Shown here: piece after piece, positions 12,101 through 25,099 of the stretch | Layout of the letters: each line of letters starts with the position of its first letter | Position numbering within the stretch: position 1 is the first letter of the stretch | Source: Phallusia mammillata | Taxonomy: Eukaryota | Direction of reading: 5' to 3' | NCBI GenBank assembly: GCA_965637545.1 | Contig: OZ281498.1 | Coordinates: 21,700,001 to 21,764,000, forward strand | DNA: 64,000 nucleotides | Made by a program: the position numbers and the translations under genes | Notes under the pieces: generated by a model | Told to the model about the DNA's origin: nothing | Database searches by the model: none | What the model saw: only the letters and a program-made list of their open reading frames with translations

Positions 12101-15100
12101 TATCAATGGCATGAAACCTGCGATTATTCAGGTTAGTAGTTGGACCGTTTTTCTCAAATAACTCAATAAACGGGCTTGATTTTGACCTAAAACCGAAAGT
12201 ACAAGTCCAAAACCGGCCCGAACCCGACTTTTTTTCAAAACTAATCCTGAAATATGCCTGTTGTTACAAATAACGCCGAGTGTAAAGTCATGTCCGAACT
12301 TGGTCTTATTCCGTTTCAAAAATCCAGCCCATTTTAACTCTGAACTGGAATACGCAGTTAACTGAAGCAAGAGAACCACCAACTCTGATATAGGCGACCT
12401 GTACAGGACGTCGAAACGTCGGTATAAAAATGCATTTGCCAGAAGAGCTCTATAAACTTGACATAACACCTGGCAACAATAGCTTATACACTAACCCTCT
12501 TTGTTTAGAAATATATCGAGGACCCACTTCTAATCGAAGGTTACAAGTTCGATCTCAGGATGTACGTTGTTGTTGCCCGCCTCAATCCAATAGAGATTTA
12601 CTTATGCAAGGTTCGTATAGAGTCAACACATACGTCTATAGTATATACAGTATAAAGATGGTACACAAAATTATTGCTCATAAACAGTTGCTTTAAATTA
12701 TTTCGCGCATGTTTCTATATGAGTGATCTTCAAATCGAGCCCTTACATGAGTCCGTGAACGGTTTTCGTGAGCCCAACACCATCTCACGACATTCACAAA
12801 ATATGTTTCCAACCCAAACTGTTTCATTACTTTTGTGAAGTCTGCGAATGGCCATGTGGAAGCAAAAACAAACCTATACATCCTTACATTAAGGACGGTC
12901 TTGCAAGATTGTGTACCGAAGAATACGAAATGCCGACATCGTCCAACATTCAGAAGACCTTCATGCACTTAACCAACTACAGCCTGAACAAGAACAGCGC
13001 CGGTTTTGTTTACACTAATGCTGAAGGCACTGGATCAAAACGCTCCTACCGCAGTGTTAAACAGGTTGAAAATGATACTATGTAAAACATAATTTCAGAT
13101 GTAGCAATGCGACCAGTTGTGCATTTTTGGTTTAATAATCACAAGGCTAAACAAGATTACACATACCTTAAATGACGAGATCTTATAGGAGTCGAATACG
13201 ATAAAATAGGTATCCGAATAAACGCATTAAAATATGGTGTGTTAACAAACAACAAGCCTAGTAGATATACTCAGTGGTGGGATTGAATTTTTTTGTCAGC
13301 CGGTTCTATCACAAAAGTCATATTTTTCAGCCGATTCTGTTACAAAAAGTCCATTGACAGTAACCAGTATATTGCTAACCGGTTCGCTGATCCCATAAAA
13401 TTTCGTGAGACAGTTATATAGAACCGGTGCGAACCGGCTGAATCCCACCACTGGATATACTGAACAAAACAAAAAGCACTTTATGTGTAGTGCTTCTCGG
13501 TATTTTATAAGTAAAGTTCGGTTCATCTCCAGTTGGATATTGTATCATTTTTCGGGTCTAATTCGTAACATTGTTTCGGTATAATGACGAACATGATATT
13601 TTTCGTCGTTTACACTTTTACTGAATTTACAACCTCAAGTTAAGGAATAAATTTATGTAAAATATTACTAAGCAGTATATTTTGTTAGTTGCTCAAAAAG
13701 AAAGGATACGACGTACATGAGATTGAGAGACAGATAAAAAACCTTGTTGTCAAGACAGTTCTCTCCATGCTTCCCGACATAACGATATGGGAACACGTGA
13801 CTAATAAGTCTAAACTTGTCAGGTATTATTTAACCTACTAACCAACTATATGTGTGTAACAATGCGTAATGAGAAAAATGACTTGGTTTATTCTTTTGAG
13901 TAGCGCAATTAAACACAAATTGAAAATTAAATTTGATTGTGTTTTTTTCAAACTCCGTTCAAGTTCGCGTTCTCACACAGGTCCTTTCAAATTCTCGGGT
14001 TTGATATCTTGCTCTCATCCGACATGCGAGCTCATCTTCTTGAGGTTAACTCGGCTCCGAGCATGGCCATTGATGCGGAACAGGAAAACGAAGAAGGAAT
14101 AATAGAGACTGTGACAAGTCACGTGGACGAACAGGTAGCTCTGATTGGTTAAGATCGGTGACACTTCGACCAATCGTTTAAGCTCGAGTCAAAACGATGA
14201 AAAAATCGTGCCCGTTTTAAATTACCAAAAACTTCTGGGCCAAGGGTCGCCAACCTTTACCACTCAAGGAGCCACTCGGGCCCTTTTTCATAAGTAAGTA
14301 AAACACAGAGAGCCACAAAGCCCTTTTGAATTAAAATGCCACTGCATGTAGCGTTTTTTTGCAATGTTGATTTTTTTCTTCGTTTAACACGCCACTATTT
14401 TGCCTATTTTGGACTTCACGTTTCATAGCATAGAAACGCGATTGTAGTGAACTACTAGAAGTAGTACGGGTCGTGCTTTTGCACTGTAATTTTCGTTTTC
14501 GGCTTTTGTGATCGGCATGGCATTCGCAATTGAATGTTGTAACCATTAAGTAATTACTAAAACTGTGCCGCATCCGAGGGATCCAAGGGCCGCGGGTTGG
14601 CTACCCCTGTTCTGGTGGAAGCACTGACTTCAACAATGGAATATTCGTAAAAATAAGCTTTTGTTTCGTAGATAAAAGTTCCTCTGCTTCGCGATTCGTT
14701 GCGTCTCGTTGCATACGGGGAGAGTGAAGTAAACATGGAAAAATCCTGTCTTGAGCGGGTGTATCCCCCAAAACGAGATAAGCAAGGAGTCGCAAAGACA
14801 AAAACAGAATCACCCAGAAAGGTCGAAAATCCTCCGGTAAAAGTCCACGAACGCAAGGAAACGATTAGGAAAGAAATTAGAGACTTAGAGGAACGGATCA
14901 AGGCTCAGATGAAAGTGGTGGAAAAATACAGGGTAAGGGCAAATTTAGATTGTAATTAATTGGTGGCAAATGTGCCCTGAATATCAAAATAATTTGCGAA
15001 ACATATGAAACAGGTTTCAAACGTGTTTTTGTCTTTACAGTTTTGTCTCATAACTTTATACTCATCGTTACACTTGTTCTAAAACATGACTATATAACAT

Positions 15101-17142
15101 TTGGAATATGCACCTTTTAGAAATACTACGAAGACAATGACACTTCAACAAACAATCACGGAGAACCTTACAACGATTACGGACAAGGTAAAAATTTAAG
15201 GCTAAATTACTGCTTCATTTTTGTGATTGACTTAACATATGAAAGTGTTCAAGCTTAAGTTTTTTTTTTATCAGAAACCGATATCCCACTTTCAAGTAGA
15301 TCACTGCCGGCACCAACCAACAACAGAAGATCTTACAGGTAAATTACCTCAAGTTTTTTATGGCAAAACTTGAAACTGCATGTAAAAATAGAGCGCCAGG
15401 CCATTCAATAGGCCTAGCTTACTATGATCCATACGTTTGTGTGTCGTGATCGCTGGTCTACATGCCATGAACGCTTTAGGGTTAATTACAGTTAGGAATA
15501 ATCGTTTTAGCTTAAAACTACCGATTGTCGTTTACGAAGGTAGTTTACCACGCAGGTTAAAAAAATGCAAAAAACAAAACTGAGAGCTTGTAATTACACA
15601 GTAAATACATTATATTGCAAAAGTTTCAACATTTTTGCAGTTGTCAACATCAGTGCAATCATCAGTTTTGCTTTTGATCAAGATTTTTGAACCTGTCTAC
15701 TGTGTTCCAAGGTTAAATTTTTTTATCCTTTTCAGAGACAATTTTGATACACCCCGTCCCACGCAAGCAACCCGACTCCAGTACACCACCAGGCGACCGA
15801 AAACTTTTACAGTGATCAAATATAAACAGGTAAAATAAGTTGTTGCGTGCAAACTGGCAGCTAACATCAAAAATTATTTTTATTTATTCAAGACGTATCT
15901 TCTATCTCATCATGTGTTTTACAGGAATACGCGATTTCCACCGACGAATGGCGCTTGTTTGACCCTAAACAGAAACCATGGCAACGGTCACCTATCCACC
16001 CAAGTCAGCAGCGTTCCATCAGCGTCTTGCCGAGCGTCGATAGAACGCAGGCGCAACAGAAGCCAAAAAAGCCGCCAGATAAAGTTTCAGACCACGAGTT
16101 ATTCAAGGGACTTCCCAAGTGCAAAATCTGCGGTTGCTTTGCAAATGGCGCGGGCCCTGGGCTTTACTACGCACAGACGGAATACAAAACCTTGACTGAC
16201 ACAAAAGCGATGCCCGTGAAGTCACTATGTGGGGTTGCAGAGCCCGTGGATGGCATTGATGGTGAATACTTTGATGAAGAACCCGGGGATGGATGGGAAA
16301 CGGATCGTGGAATGTTCGAGAAACAGCCGCTGCCTTTGAGGAGTATTTATTTCGGCGAAGCAAAGAGAGAAGAAGAGGAGGCAAATTTGCTCCGACGGAG
16401 GAGGATTTTGCTCGAAAGGGAAACTAATAACAACGAGATTCCACAAACCAAGGACTGCGAAGCAAATGATCATATATGTGACAACTGCTTTGACGTGGCG
16501 TCCTCTTCGTCATCAAGTGATGACGTAGATCTTAGGAGGAACGGTTTTTCGCTAGAGCGATTTCGTGCCAATCGAGACCGTGAAAGAGTAGTTCAGCAAA
16601 CAGATGCTTCAGGTGGTGCCATGAAAAAGCCGTTTGCCATGCGAGAAGTGATGTTGCTCAACCGAGCTGCTGCGGTTTTCATCTACTTCAACGGAATCAA
16701 GACGAGTCTTCGAATCAGCGCTACGGCGTTTCGCAACATGGCGCGTCGCTGCCGACTTTGCGAACAGGGTGCCATGCCTTCCATTGACATACTCTTTATC
16801 GACACCATGCGACACTGGCAGTGCTACGCACACGACCGCACTTCTCCATTTTACGACTCTTTTAAGGGTCGCAACCCCATCACAGCACACCAGCAGTCTG
16901 GGTTACCGTTTCAGGGTTTCGTCGAGGCCTTGTTCAAACTAGCGCAGACTCGTTTCAGGGGCGAAAACCTTAAGGAGAAAATGGAAGCGCTGATATCGAA
17001 CTGTGAGCTGTACATTCGCGAAGTCACCAAAGCGGACAAGAAAAAGATTCATGTCCCCGAACAGCCCTTGTCACATAGAAATCACGTAACCACTACTCCA
17101 CGTATTTCGGGGTCCCAGTCCCAGCGCCGTTCGTATTTCTAG
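9116..17142 (+). CDS. TTLL11: Tubulin polyglutamylase TTLL11, 14 coding exons, ~1036 aa
   Basis: Exons 9116-9338, 10280-10462, 10723-10835, 11330-11522, 11998-12131, 12509-12610, 12894-13064, 13689-13822, 13981-14134, 14672-14932, 15121-15187, 15275-15338, 15736-15829, 15925-17142. TTL motifs YIVKPDAGSQGEGIYL, KFDLRMYV, MHLTNYSLNK, FQILGFDILL..LLEVNSAPS. C-terminal IDILFIDTMRHW..GLPFQGFVEALFKLAQTRF resembles the TTLL11-specific domain. Confidence 0.9.
9850..10167. mobile_element. hAT-type MITE
   Basis: TIR CAGGGGTGGGCAACCT / AGGTTGCCCACCCCTG; 8-bp TSD CTTTAGAC. Confidence 0.9.
11820..11963. mobile_element. hAT-type MITE
   Basis: TIR CAGTGGTTCC / GGAACCACTG; TSD ATCTAACC. Confidence 0.88.
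13272..13453. mobile_element. hAT-type MITE (related inverted copy at 41418-41582)
   Basis: TIR CAGTGGTGGGATT / AATCCCACCACTG; TSD GATATACT. Confidence 0.9.
14241..14609. mobile_element. Degenerate hAT-type MITE
   Basis: Imperfect TIR CAAGGGTCGCCAACC / GGTTGGCTACCCCTG; partial TSD TTCTGG. Confidence 0.7.
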
Positions 17143-18161
17143 TGCAATATACCACTGTTGATCGAAGTGCTTGTTATGGTTATATTTAGGCGGCTTCTTA
17201 TGCAAATTTTCGTGCACTTGAAGTTTAAATTATTATTTGTTTTGATTTTTAGTAACCATTATGGCCCGTTTTTTTCTTTTTTTGTCTTTTCGAGATATAA
17301 GTTCAATTTTCCGCTTAGCACAATGTTACAAAATGCAATAAGAATTGGACATCTTGGTTGTAGTTCAATAGTTTGATTTCACGCTTTTCTTGAATCTAAA
17401 ACTTGCCACTAAATAGATGTGACTTCACTTAGTTTCATTTTTGCTTCTCAAATTAAAACAATATTACCATGATGCGAACCTACTTTGAAAAGATATCAAA
17501 TGTAATCAAAAATCCATTATGATAAACCAACCATGGGAATACGGTTATCCCAAGGCAAGAAAATAACAACCAACAAAACCAGGAAAAACGGTTATAAAAC
17601 TAAGGTAATTCTACATGTCAGAAATAGCAATGCCTTCCCCTTATAAACCTGTTTCACCTTACAGTTGTTTTTGCCCACTAATTACCTTATCAATAAATAA
17701 AGCGAACCACCTTAAACTCATTAACATGATTCTTAGCGGATGATTAGAGATTCTTTGTGGCTCTTGTGGGACGGTGCATTATTCATTTGCTGCTTTCGGG
17801 CAACGAACGTCAAAGAAACGACAGGCTTGTAAAACTGATTTCGCGAAATTGACCCCAGAAGTCAAAGCAAATTTGAAGCATATGTATATTGTATGTTGAA
17901 TTATAACATTATATTCTTAACTTGAAATACTCATAGATTTTTTCCCGAGGTTTTCAGTCTTATTTTTCCATTAACAGATTTCGAAGATGCATTTTACCCA
18001 CTGTGCTTTTCCTAAATTTACCTTATTTTATTTGACAGACTAATCCAACACTAAAGGAAATCGATTACTTCAGTTTAGAACCAAGTGTGTTAAATTTATG
18101 TAAACTTTGATTTTGGCCAACCAAATTTCATGGGATTTCTCACATACAAAAATCAATGCGT

Positions 18162-18480
18162 TTCCTAACTTGAGTCGTAAGCGAGCCAGAACTCTAAACT
18201 AATAAGCTTGAAGCCCCACCCGAACCCCAGTTGTTTTTGAGAAGCCCGTTTAGGCCCAAAAGTTTTATTAACAGGCCTATAGTAAAGAAGACATACAACA
18301 AAGACAGACAGTGACCTAAACAAGACGTTTTGGGTCTTATCCAGCAACTAGCTACTTAGCTGGGTTATATAAACTAAAAAAAAAACACGGACACAGAATG
18401 CAAAATCAGACAAGAATCAAGCCCGTTTGTTAAGAAACCAAAGCTCAAACCCGAACAGCCTGGCCCGACTTGCAGCTCTG
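18162..18480. mobile_element. Degenerate copy of the CAGAGTTGCAAG MITE family (see 55983-56358)
   Basis: Ends GGCCCGACTTGCAGCTCTG; shares GAAGCCCGTTTAGGCCC in inverted orientation with the 55983 copy. Confidence 0.65.
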
Positions 18481-20713
18481 ACAGTTTTAAACCGTCGGAA
18501 ATTTCCACATAAAAAAAACGGTGTTGGTTGTATATTTGAAGCGGCATTGCGAAATGAAAATGTCATGGTTCTGTTTCACTAAAAAAAAATAAAAGAAAAG
18601 AAACATGCAATATCGTAATTTCGCTCAAGGCGAGTCGGAATTAATTCCGGAGTTCTAGTAGCGAATGCCGGATTAATACTGTCCGCTCATCTGTCGCATA
18701 ATGATCTCTCGCAATCAAAGATTTAAGGGGGATAATAACTGCATAACGATGGTACGGCATATGGGTCAAGGACAATAGTCGTCGGTCTAGATCTCAATCT
18801 TAGTATTAGCGCTGCCTTGGTCGTGGGAAAAACTACAGTGACACTTCATGCTTTATATGCAAGATGTCGTGTTTTGTGCGAGCAATGAGAGAGATACAAA
18901 TTGATTTGGGTCATTACAAAACGGGTATTAGAGATGAGTAATAGAACTGGGATTAACTTATATAGCCATTGTGGCCATTTCTAGTGTACAATTAATCGCC
19001 TTGGGTGTTGTTTTGCAAGCATGGGTAAATCTCACATAGATTTCTCTTATTTTCAAAGACAGTAATCTTTTGTAGTAACGAAACACCAGTTTTGCATTCA
19101 CATCAAACTCGAAGCATAACCTTTGGCCATGTACTAAGTAATCGTCGTTTGGCAAGTTTTACTTAAACGGACCGAAATTTACTTCGAATTGTAAGTATTG
19201 CCAAAGAAACGGGGACACAGGCAAACAAATAACTTGAAAGAACCGGAAAGCACATCTATCATATCATAAAAAAACATTTTAAACCGCTTTATTTGCTTAA
19301 AATCGAAAACCTTTCTAAAAACGACAAAACGTTGCCTTGATAACAAAAATAAAATCAGTAGCACCTTAACAGAGCAATCAACGCAAAAAATCGATTTCCC
19401 AGTTGGTCGAGTGCGCAAGAGGGGTGTGGGGCGCCATCTAACGGGTTAATTAACTGCACGGGCAATCAACGAAGTCATTTGGGTTCAATTTCGATCGGTG
19501 ATTGGGAAGGGACCCGCTTTACTCCCTTAGGATATTTCGGTCTGGTGGACAATTGCGATCCATTTTTATATCAGTGATAAAGTATAAGATTCTCTGGAAA
19601 ACCCCTGAAAACCGTCGACCCGATAAAATTGTTATGATAACTTATGTGTCATTTCAAAGATAAACCAAATCTTAAAACCTAAAACTTACAACATAAAAAA
19701 ACCTCCAACATGAACTAAAGTATACGTTTCGTAACCACATAAGGTCAATTATTATGTCACGTATTTTGTTTAGCTGCCATGTGAACAGCATATGCATGAG
19801 CAACAGAAAAAACATTAGGAACAAAATCTTTTTACACATATGTTACAAGTTCTAAGGTAAAGGAAAGATTTTAAACAGAAAACAAATTTAGTAAGTAAAT
19901 TACTCATTTGCGTAAAAACTTTGTTTGAAAAGGTAGCAATGCTGTTACAATATGTTACAATAATGTTATAATTTGTGAAGTATCCATTTCAGGCATCTAC
20001 AATCATTTTTATGAGGGCACCAACCACTGCAGTTTTTAACCAAGTTTTGACATTTATCATCTCATAGGGTTAAACACAAACATAATTTTCAATGCACAAC
20101 GGCTAATGGGAAAGCATTGCCTCTGCATGGAATTAAGAGAAAACATATGTCGTATTGTGAGAGATTCATAACCGAATCGCCATATGATTTCCCCCGACCA
20201 ATGACCACTACCCAATGTTAATTACTCCATATGTCGGCTCGTAGCACAAGCACGTCGTTATATTGGGCTTGTATTGCACGGCAGATGCCCTTTATGCAAG
20301 GCACCAAGCACTGCACCATTGCTGTATTGGGCGGTTCTTTGATTGGAACATAAACGCGGCGTATTTACTTCGTGTAAACAAATGTTTTAAAAGTTTGTTA
20401 CATAATTTTATACCAATAAAACAAACGTGTCGTTAATATGTAGTTCAAAAAGAGTTCACATATTAAGCCATTGACCATTCTTCGAATATACAAACAAACA
20501 AATGATGCGTTTTGGGTCCAGTGTGATATTGAAATATCTTTGTTTGATTGCAAATTTTGTAATGATTGTCACATAAGTTCAGGAGGTGTTAAAATAAATG
20601 TGGTTTTAAAATTATTCTTAACAAGCAGTAATTCTTTTCTTATTATTGAAATCTCCTTTCAAGTAAAACGACCGCGACGATTCAGGGTCATTAAAATCAG
20701 ATGAAGAAAATTC

Positions 20714-20914
20714 AGTGTGAAAAACCACTAAATCTGTCGCTATGTTTTATTTGTTTTATCAAAACAAATGCATTTCGCTATAAAAAGCAACATCAGTGTC
20801 TAAAAACAAAATAAAAAGTGGGATAAGAGCAAATGCATTTGCTTTTATAGCGAAATGCATTTGTTTTGATAAAACAAATAAAACATAGCGACAGATTTAG
20901 TGGTTTTTCACACT
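20714..20914. repeat. Long near-perfect inverted repeat (foldback), ~76-bp arms
   Basis: 20714-20790 is the reverse complement of 20839-20914 with one indel; 48-bp spacer. Confidence 0.9.
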
Positions 20915-23900
20915 AAATTATTCTTAACAAGCAGGGCAGAAATCCATCGTGAAAAGCACATTTATGTGTAAACAAGAACTTAAAAATCTTTCCGCAACAA
21001 AACAAGCTCTAAAAGGCTGAGCCTAAAACGTTTTGTCACTTGCTTTTGGAAGTGAAGTGGAACAGAAGCATTATCTCTACAAAAATAATACCTTGAACTA
21101 GATTATCGTTGAGCTTGAAACTGAGACAAAAGATAAAACCGCTCTTGCGATGACCTACAAGTATTTTACCGTTAGTTGAGTCAAACAACAGCGCTGGCGG
21201 GCGGCAAGCACACTGCGCATGCGCAAGATGAATAATTCATGACTTTTCACTGCAGCAGGCTCCCGCAATGACAAGGCCTGTCGCTGCAAATGCTGAATAA
21301 AGTTGTATTCATTGGCCTGACTGACAAACCGCTGGTTGCTATAGAAAGTTGGTGCGTTTGAAACCCATATCCCGTGTGTTACGTCGCAAATTGTTCGTGG
21401 CTGATGACGCACACGTAATCGCTAATTACTGGGCTAATTGACGTAAAGCAATGGTGAAGGCGGGAGACTTGCTCAGAGGGCTTCAAGGTCATTGTTCAAT
21501 GTCAAACGTCACAACTGGGTCTGACGTCAAGCAATACCAAATAACTTTTCGTTTTCCTTGAGTAAAAATCGTTTTCGGTTTGTAATCACAAATTTGAACA
21601 CTAATAAAGACATTAAATCTGTCATCGCAATTTAAAATAGAATAGTAAACTTATTTGTTTTGTGTAATTATTCCATAAACACATTAATGCCTATTACTGC
21701 CTGCCATAAATACACATTACTGCGCATAGTAATATAACTCGAATATTCGAACGATTTTAATCAAATCTATTAACAAAGTTACACAACAAAACATCATGAA
21801 ATAATTTTGGTAGGGAAATAAGCAAAACTCGATATTTCACTCAAGACCAAATTATATAAATTTCGTGGCCATCTTTTCGGTTCTACGTCAAACACATTAG
21901 AATATAATATTCTTTAGAAAGAAACCTCAAAAGGGCGCGAATATGGTAATTGTTTTGGTGAAGTAAACATTTTTTACTTAAAACACAAGTTAATAATTCT
22001 TAAAAATTAAAAATTCATAAAATTTAGTGTGGCAAATTTCAGAAAGGTTTAAACTAATACAATGTTTGAATACACATAGATAAAAGACAGCATACTTTTC
22101 CCGCAAAATCAAAGCAACATATGGGCAGGTCGGCAATTAATTTCTTAGAAGTCAAACTCATTGGTACAACAAAGTAGTGAATATATGAGAATGTACGAAG
22201 CCGCAGCTGGTGACTTTGCCTTGTTCCACTGTGGCAACTGGCAAAAATATGAAAAATTCATGACTGGCTACTTGGAACCGGCGACTTTTGTGAGTCAGCT
22301 GTAAGGTGCAGTTATGTCGTCCATATGGACAACTGTAAAACTGGCAATGGGTTGTCTTTGTAGTTTACCACTTGCTACACCAAAATAAACCAAATTACTT
22401 TGGCATTGTAAATGTTTACACCTGTTCACCAATGATGGAATACCAACATCAACGTTTTCCAAATGTTTTGTTTCTCAACAAATGTTGCGTTTTGTGCAAA
22501 TGCAAATTGGTTATATTTAGACTTTCAAAACAGCCTTGACAGATAAACACAACGATATTTTGATGGGTACCTAAACTATTTTCAAATGTGGTAATCAACA
22601 TGCATATGTTCTAAAACCGAAATGACCAATATTAAACCTTGTCAAAAGTTTTGATGTTGGACAGATTTGAGTAATTAGCTAGCAAGAATTGTGGTTTTAA
22701 AAAAAAATTATTGACAATGTACAAACGTAATCCATACATATGTTTTATTGGCTGCTAGCAAACTCTGAAATGGACTCAAAATTGCTTGGGGAACGAACAA
22801 TCCCCCAACCAATCAGACGCCACCTTCGACCAAATGCCGGTGAAAGAAAATTTATTGACCCGTTGTTCTGCTTCGTACATCTGTTAAAGGTGCATTATAC
22901 AACACACTACCACCGTCTGTGAAGGATCTGATAATAGCAAGAAATCGCTAAATCTTCAAACTTGCTCTTGTAGATGCCAGGGCCCGCCATAATCAATTTG
23001 TAATAATACTTCGCAATCCAAAGTTTCAAATTTTAAATAAATCGTTTAGTATGGGTTGGGAGAAAAATCGGTTTTGCGTTCGTTGTGAAGAAATTAACGA
23101 GAAATATAATGGCAAAATAGTGACAAATGGAGCAACATGTTTTTTCTCAAACGCTGTGACCAATTTTCTTAAACGTGGCAATCATTCCTTTACGTCGCTG
23201 GATTATATATATATGTATTACACATTGGATTTTTAAAACGATTCAAGCATCGTGTCCATTCATGTAATAAACTTGTATTCAAATTTGAGAAACATTAAAA
23301 ATTTAACACTAGATCATGGAATGCCAAATTTTACCGAGTGTTCTGTTGAGAAATGTATGCTTGGCAATTCTGTGTAATATGTTTCCTATTCGGAAAGTAC
23401 ACAAACCAAAATTTCCGCTGTAACAACTCGCAAACACCTTGCGCAAAAACCAACAAAGCGCGCGTGCAGTTGGGCGTCAAAACAAACGAATTACCGTTGT
23501 CGTCTTTCGCTGTGAGTAACAAAAACAAGCAAACATTTGCCAACTGTCAAGCGCAGACAGATGTCACAACGAACAAATCCACGTGCTCACTGGCGATTAA
23601 CTGATTGCAAAACCAACACTTCCTTCCTATACCCCGCACCGGCAACGGTCAAAGCGAACAATACTCCTGCTGGCAGCTCGGACCTGATACACCCCTAATG
23701 CTTGATTAGCAGAAAATTACCTTATCACGACAGATTTACCTGTTTTAAATAGAGATTTCCTGTTGTAGCTTGTTTGTTTGTTGTTTTGTCGGAGAAATTA
23801 AAAGGAGTGACTGGCCTCGCAGTAGGAAATAAGTTTCAAATTTCAATACCTTGACATCAAATTGCGTGATTACGCCCTGCGATAAATTAATCGAGCAGGA

Positions 23901-25092
23901 TTGCATTGAAACGCATCTGCAAAAAAAGTGAAATTACTTCATGGGTATTCGCACACATTGGATGTAAATTCGAAAATTTCACATGCCTAACGTATAAAGT
24001 TGGAATAGCAATTGGGTTTTGCATTGTCATGAAATATTAACGGCCCTGGTCTACGATGACAAGCGAATCGCATTTGTGGGAATATTACGGACAGGTTTAA
24101 GCATTCTGTTGCTTCGTTTCGAAGTTATACTAATGAGACATAGATAAGGTCTCCAACATCGAAGAGTAAATATCTACTATCAACCCGACCAAAGGTTAGC
24201 AAGTGCCATCTGTTATTTTTACACTGCAAGTGCTTTTGCATGAATTTCCACACACAAAAAAGCTTGTGTTTATCAACCATACACGGGTTTTAAGGTGTAG
24301 AATTTGTTTTATTTCACCTACTTTAAACAAAAAATCAGGGTCAGTGGACAAAGTTTAATATGAAATATACGTCAAAATTACTTCCAAATAAAAAAGTAAA
24401 AGGTTTTAGATAGCGTAGTGTTTACTGGAGATGTGCTATTCACTCGAATTTTTCCATCGTGGTCTTGGTAATAAACGCGCACTTTTATTTTAGTCCGGTC
24501 TATGGAACTGGTGGATTTTTTAATCAACGAAATGAACTTGTTTGAAATAGCGGAACTCGCGACCTTGATGTGCTGAAAAGTAATTGCACACCCGAAATCG
24601 ATATTCGTGATTGCGCGCGACTCCTTACGTAAAAATATTAATCAGGAAAAGCAATCCGAAGGGACAATGTAGAGAGGCAATGGACGGCGTTGACCCCCCG
24701 CTGGACAACACTTCATACAGGTTGGTAATTAACAGCAATAGTGTGGAGTGCATGGCCGTTCTCTCTCTCTCACTCTCTCCGGCCCTGCTGCTGGGTTTTT
24801 GTTACCACCGCGCCGTCAATAAGCTGGATCGGCAAAGGCAGATAGCCATATGCCGTCCGTGTCGCCGCTGCTAATAAAGATACAAAGCGGGAGGCGTTTG
24901 TCCGCGAAAGAGCAGAGCACTTTCTCTCTCTCTTTTCACAGCGGGTGCATACTTCGTTCAATGCAAGGGCACACGCGTGCTTCTAGCGAAATTATCTGTG
25001 CTCTCATGGGGCGAGCGGTAGAAAAAAAGGGGACGAGGCTTTGAATGAAATAAACAAGAAGCGGTGCAGATGTTTCACTAGCCGGCGTTCCC

Positions 25093-25099
25093 TATAAAA
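25093..25099 (+). promoter_or_regulatory. TATA box of the miR-124 host transcript
   Basis: CTATAAAA ~30-35 nt upstream of Inr-like CCATCGCAGTT, followed by an exon ending in AAG|GTAAGC. Confidence 0.65.

Noticed and set aside
20272-20293. miR-92-like seed TATTGCAC
   Set aside because: No supporting hairpin and no similarity beyond the seed.
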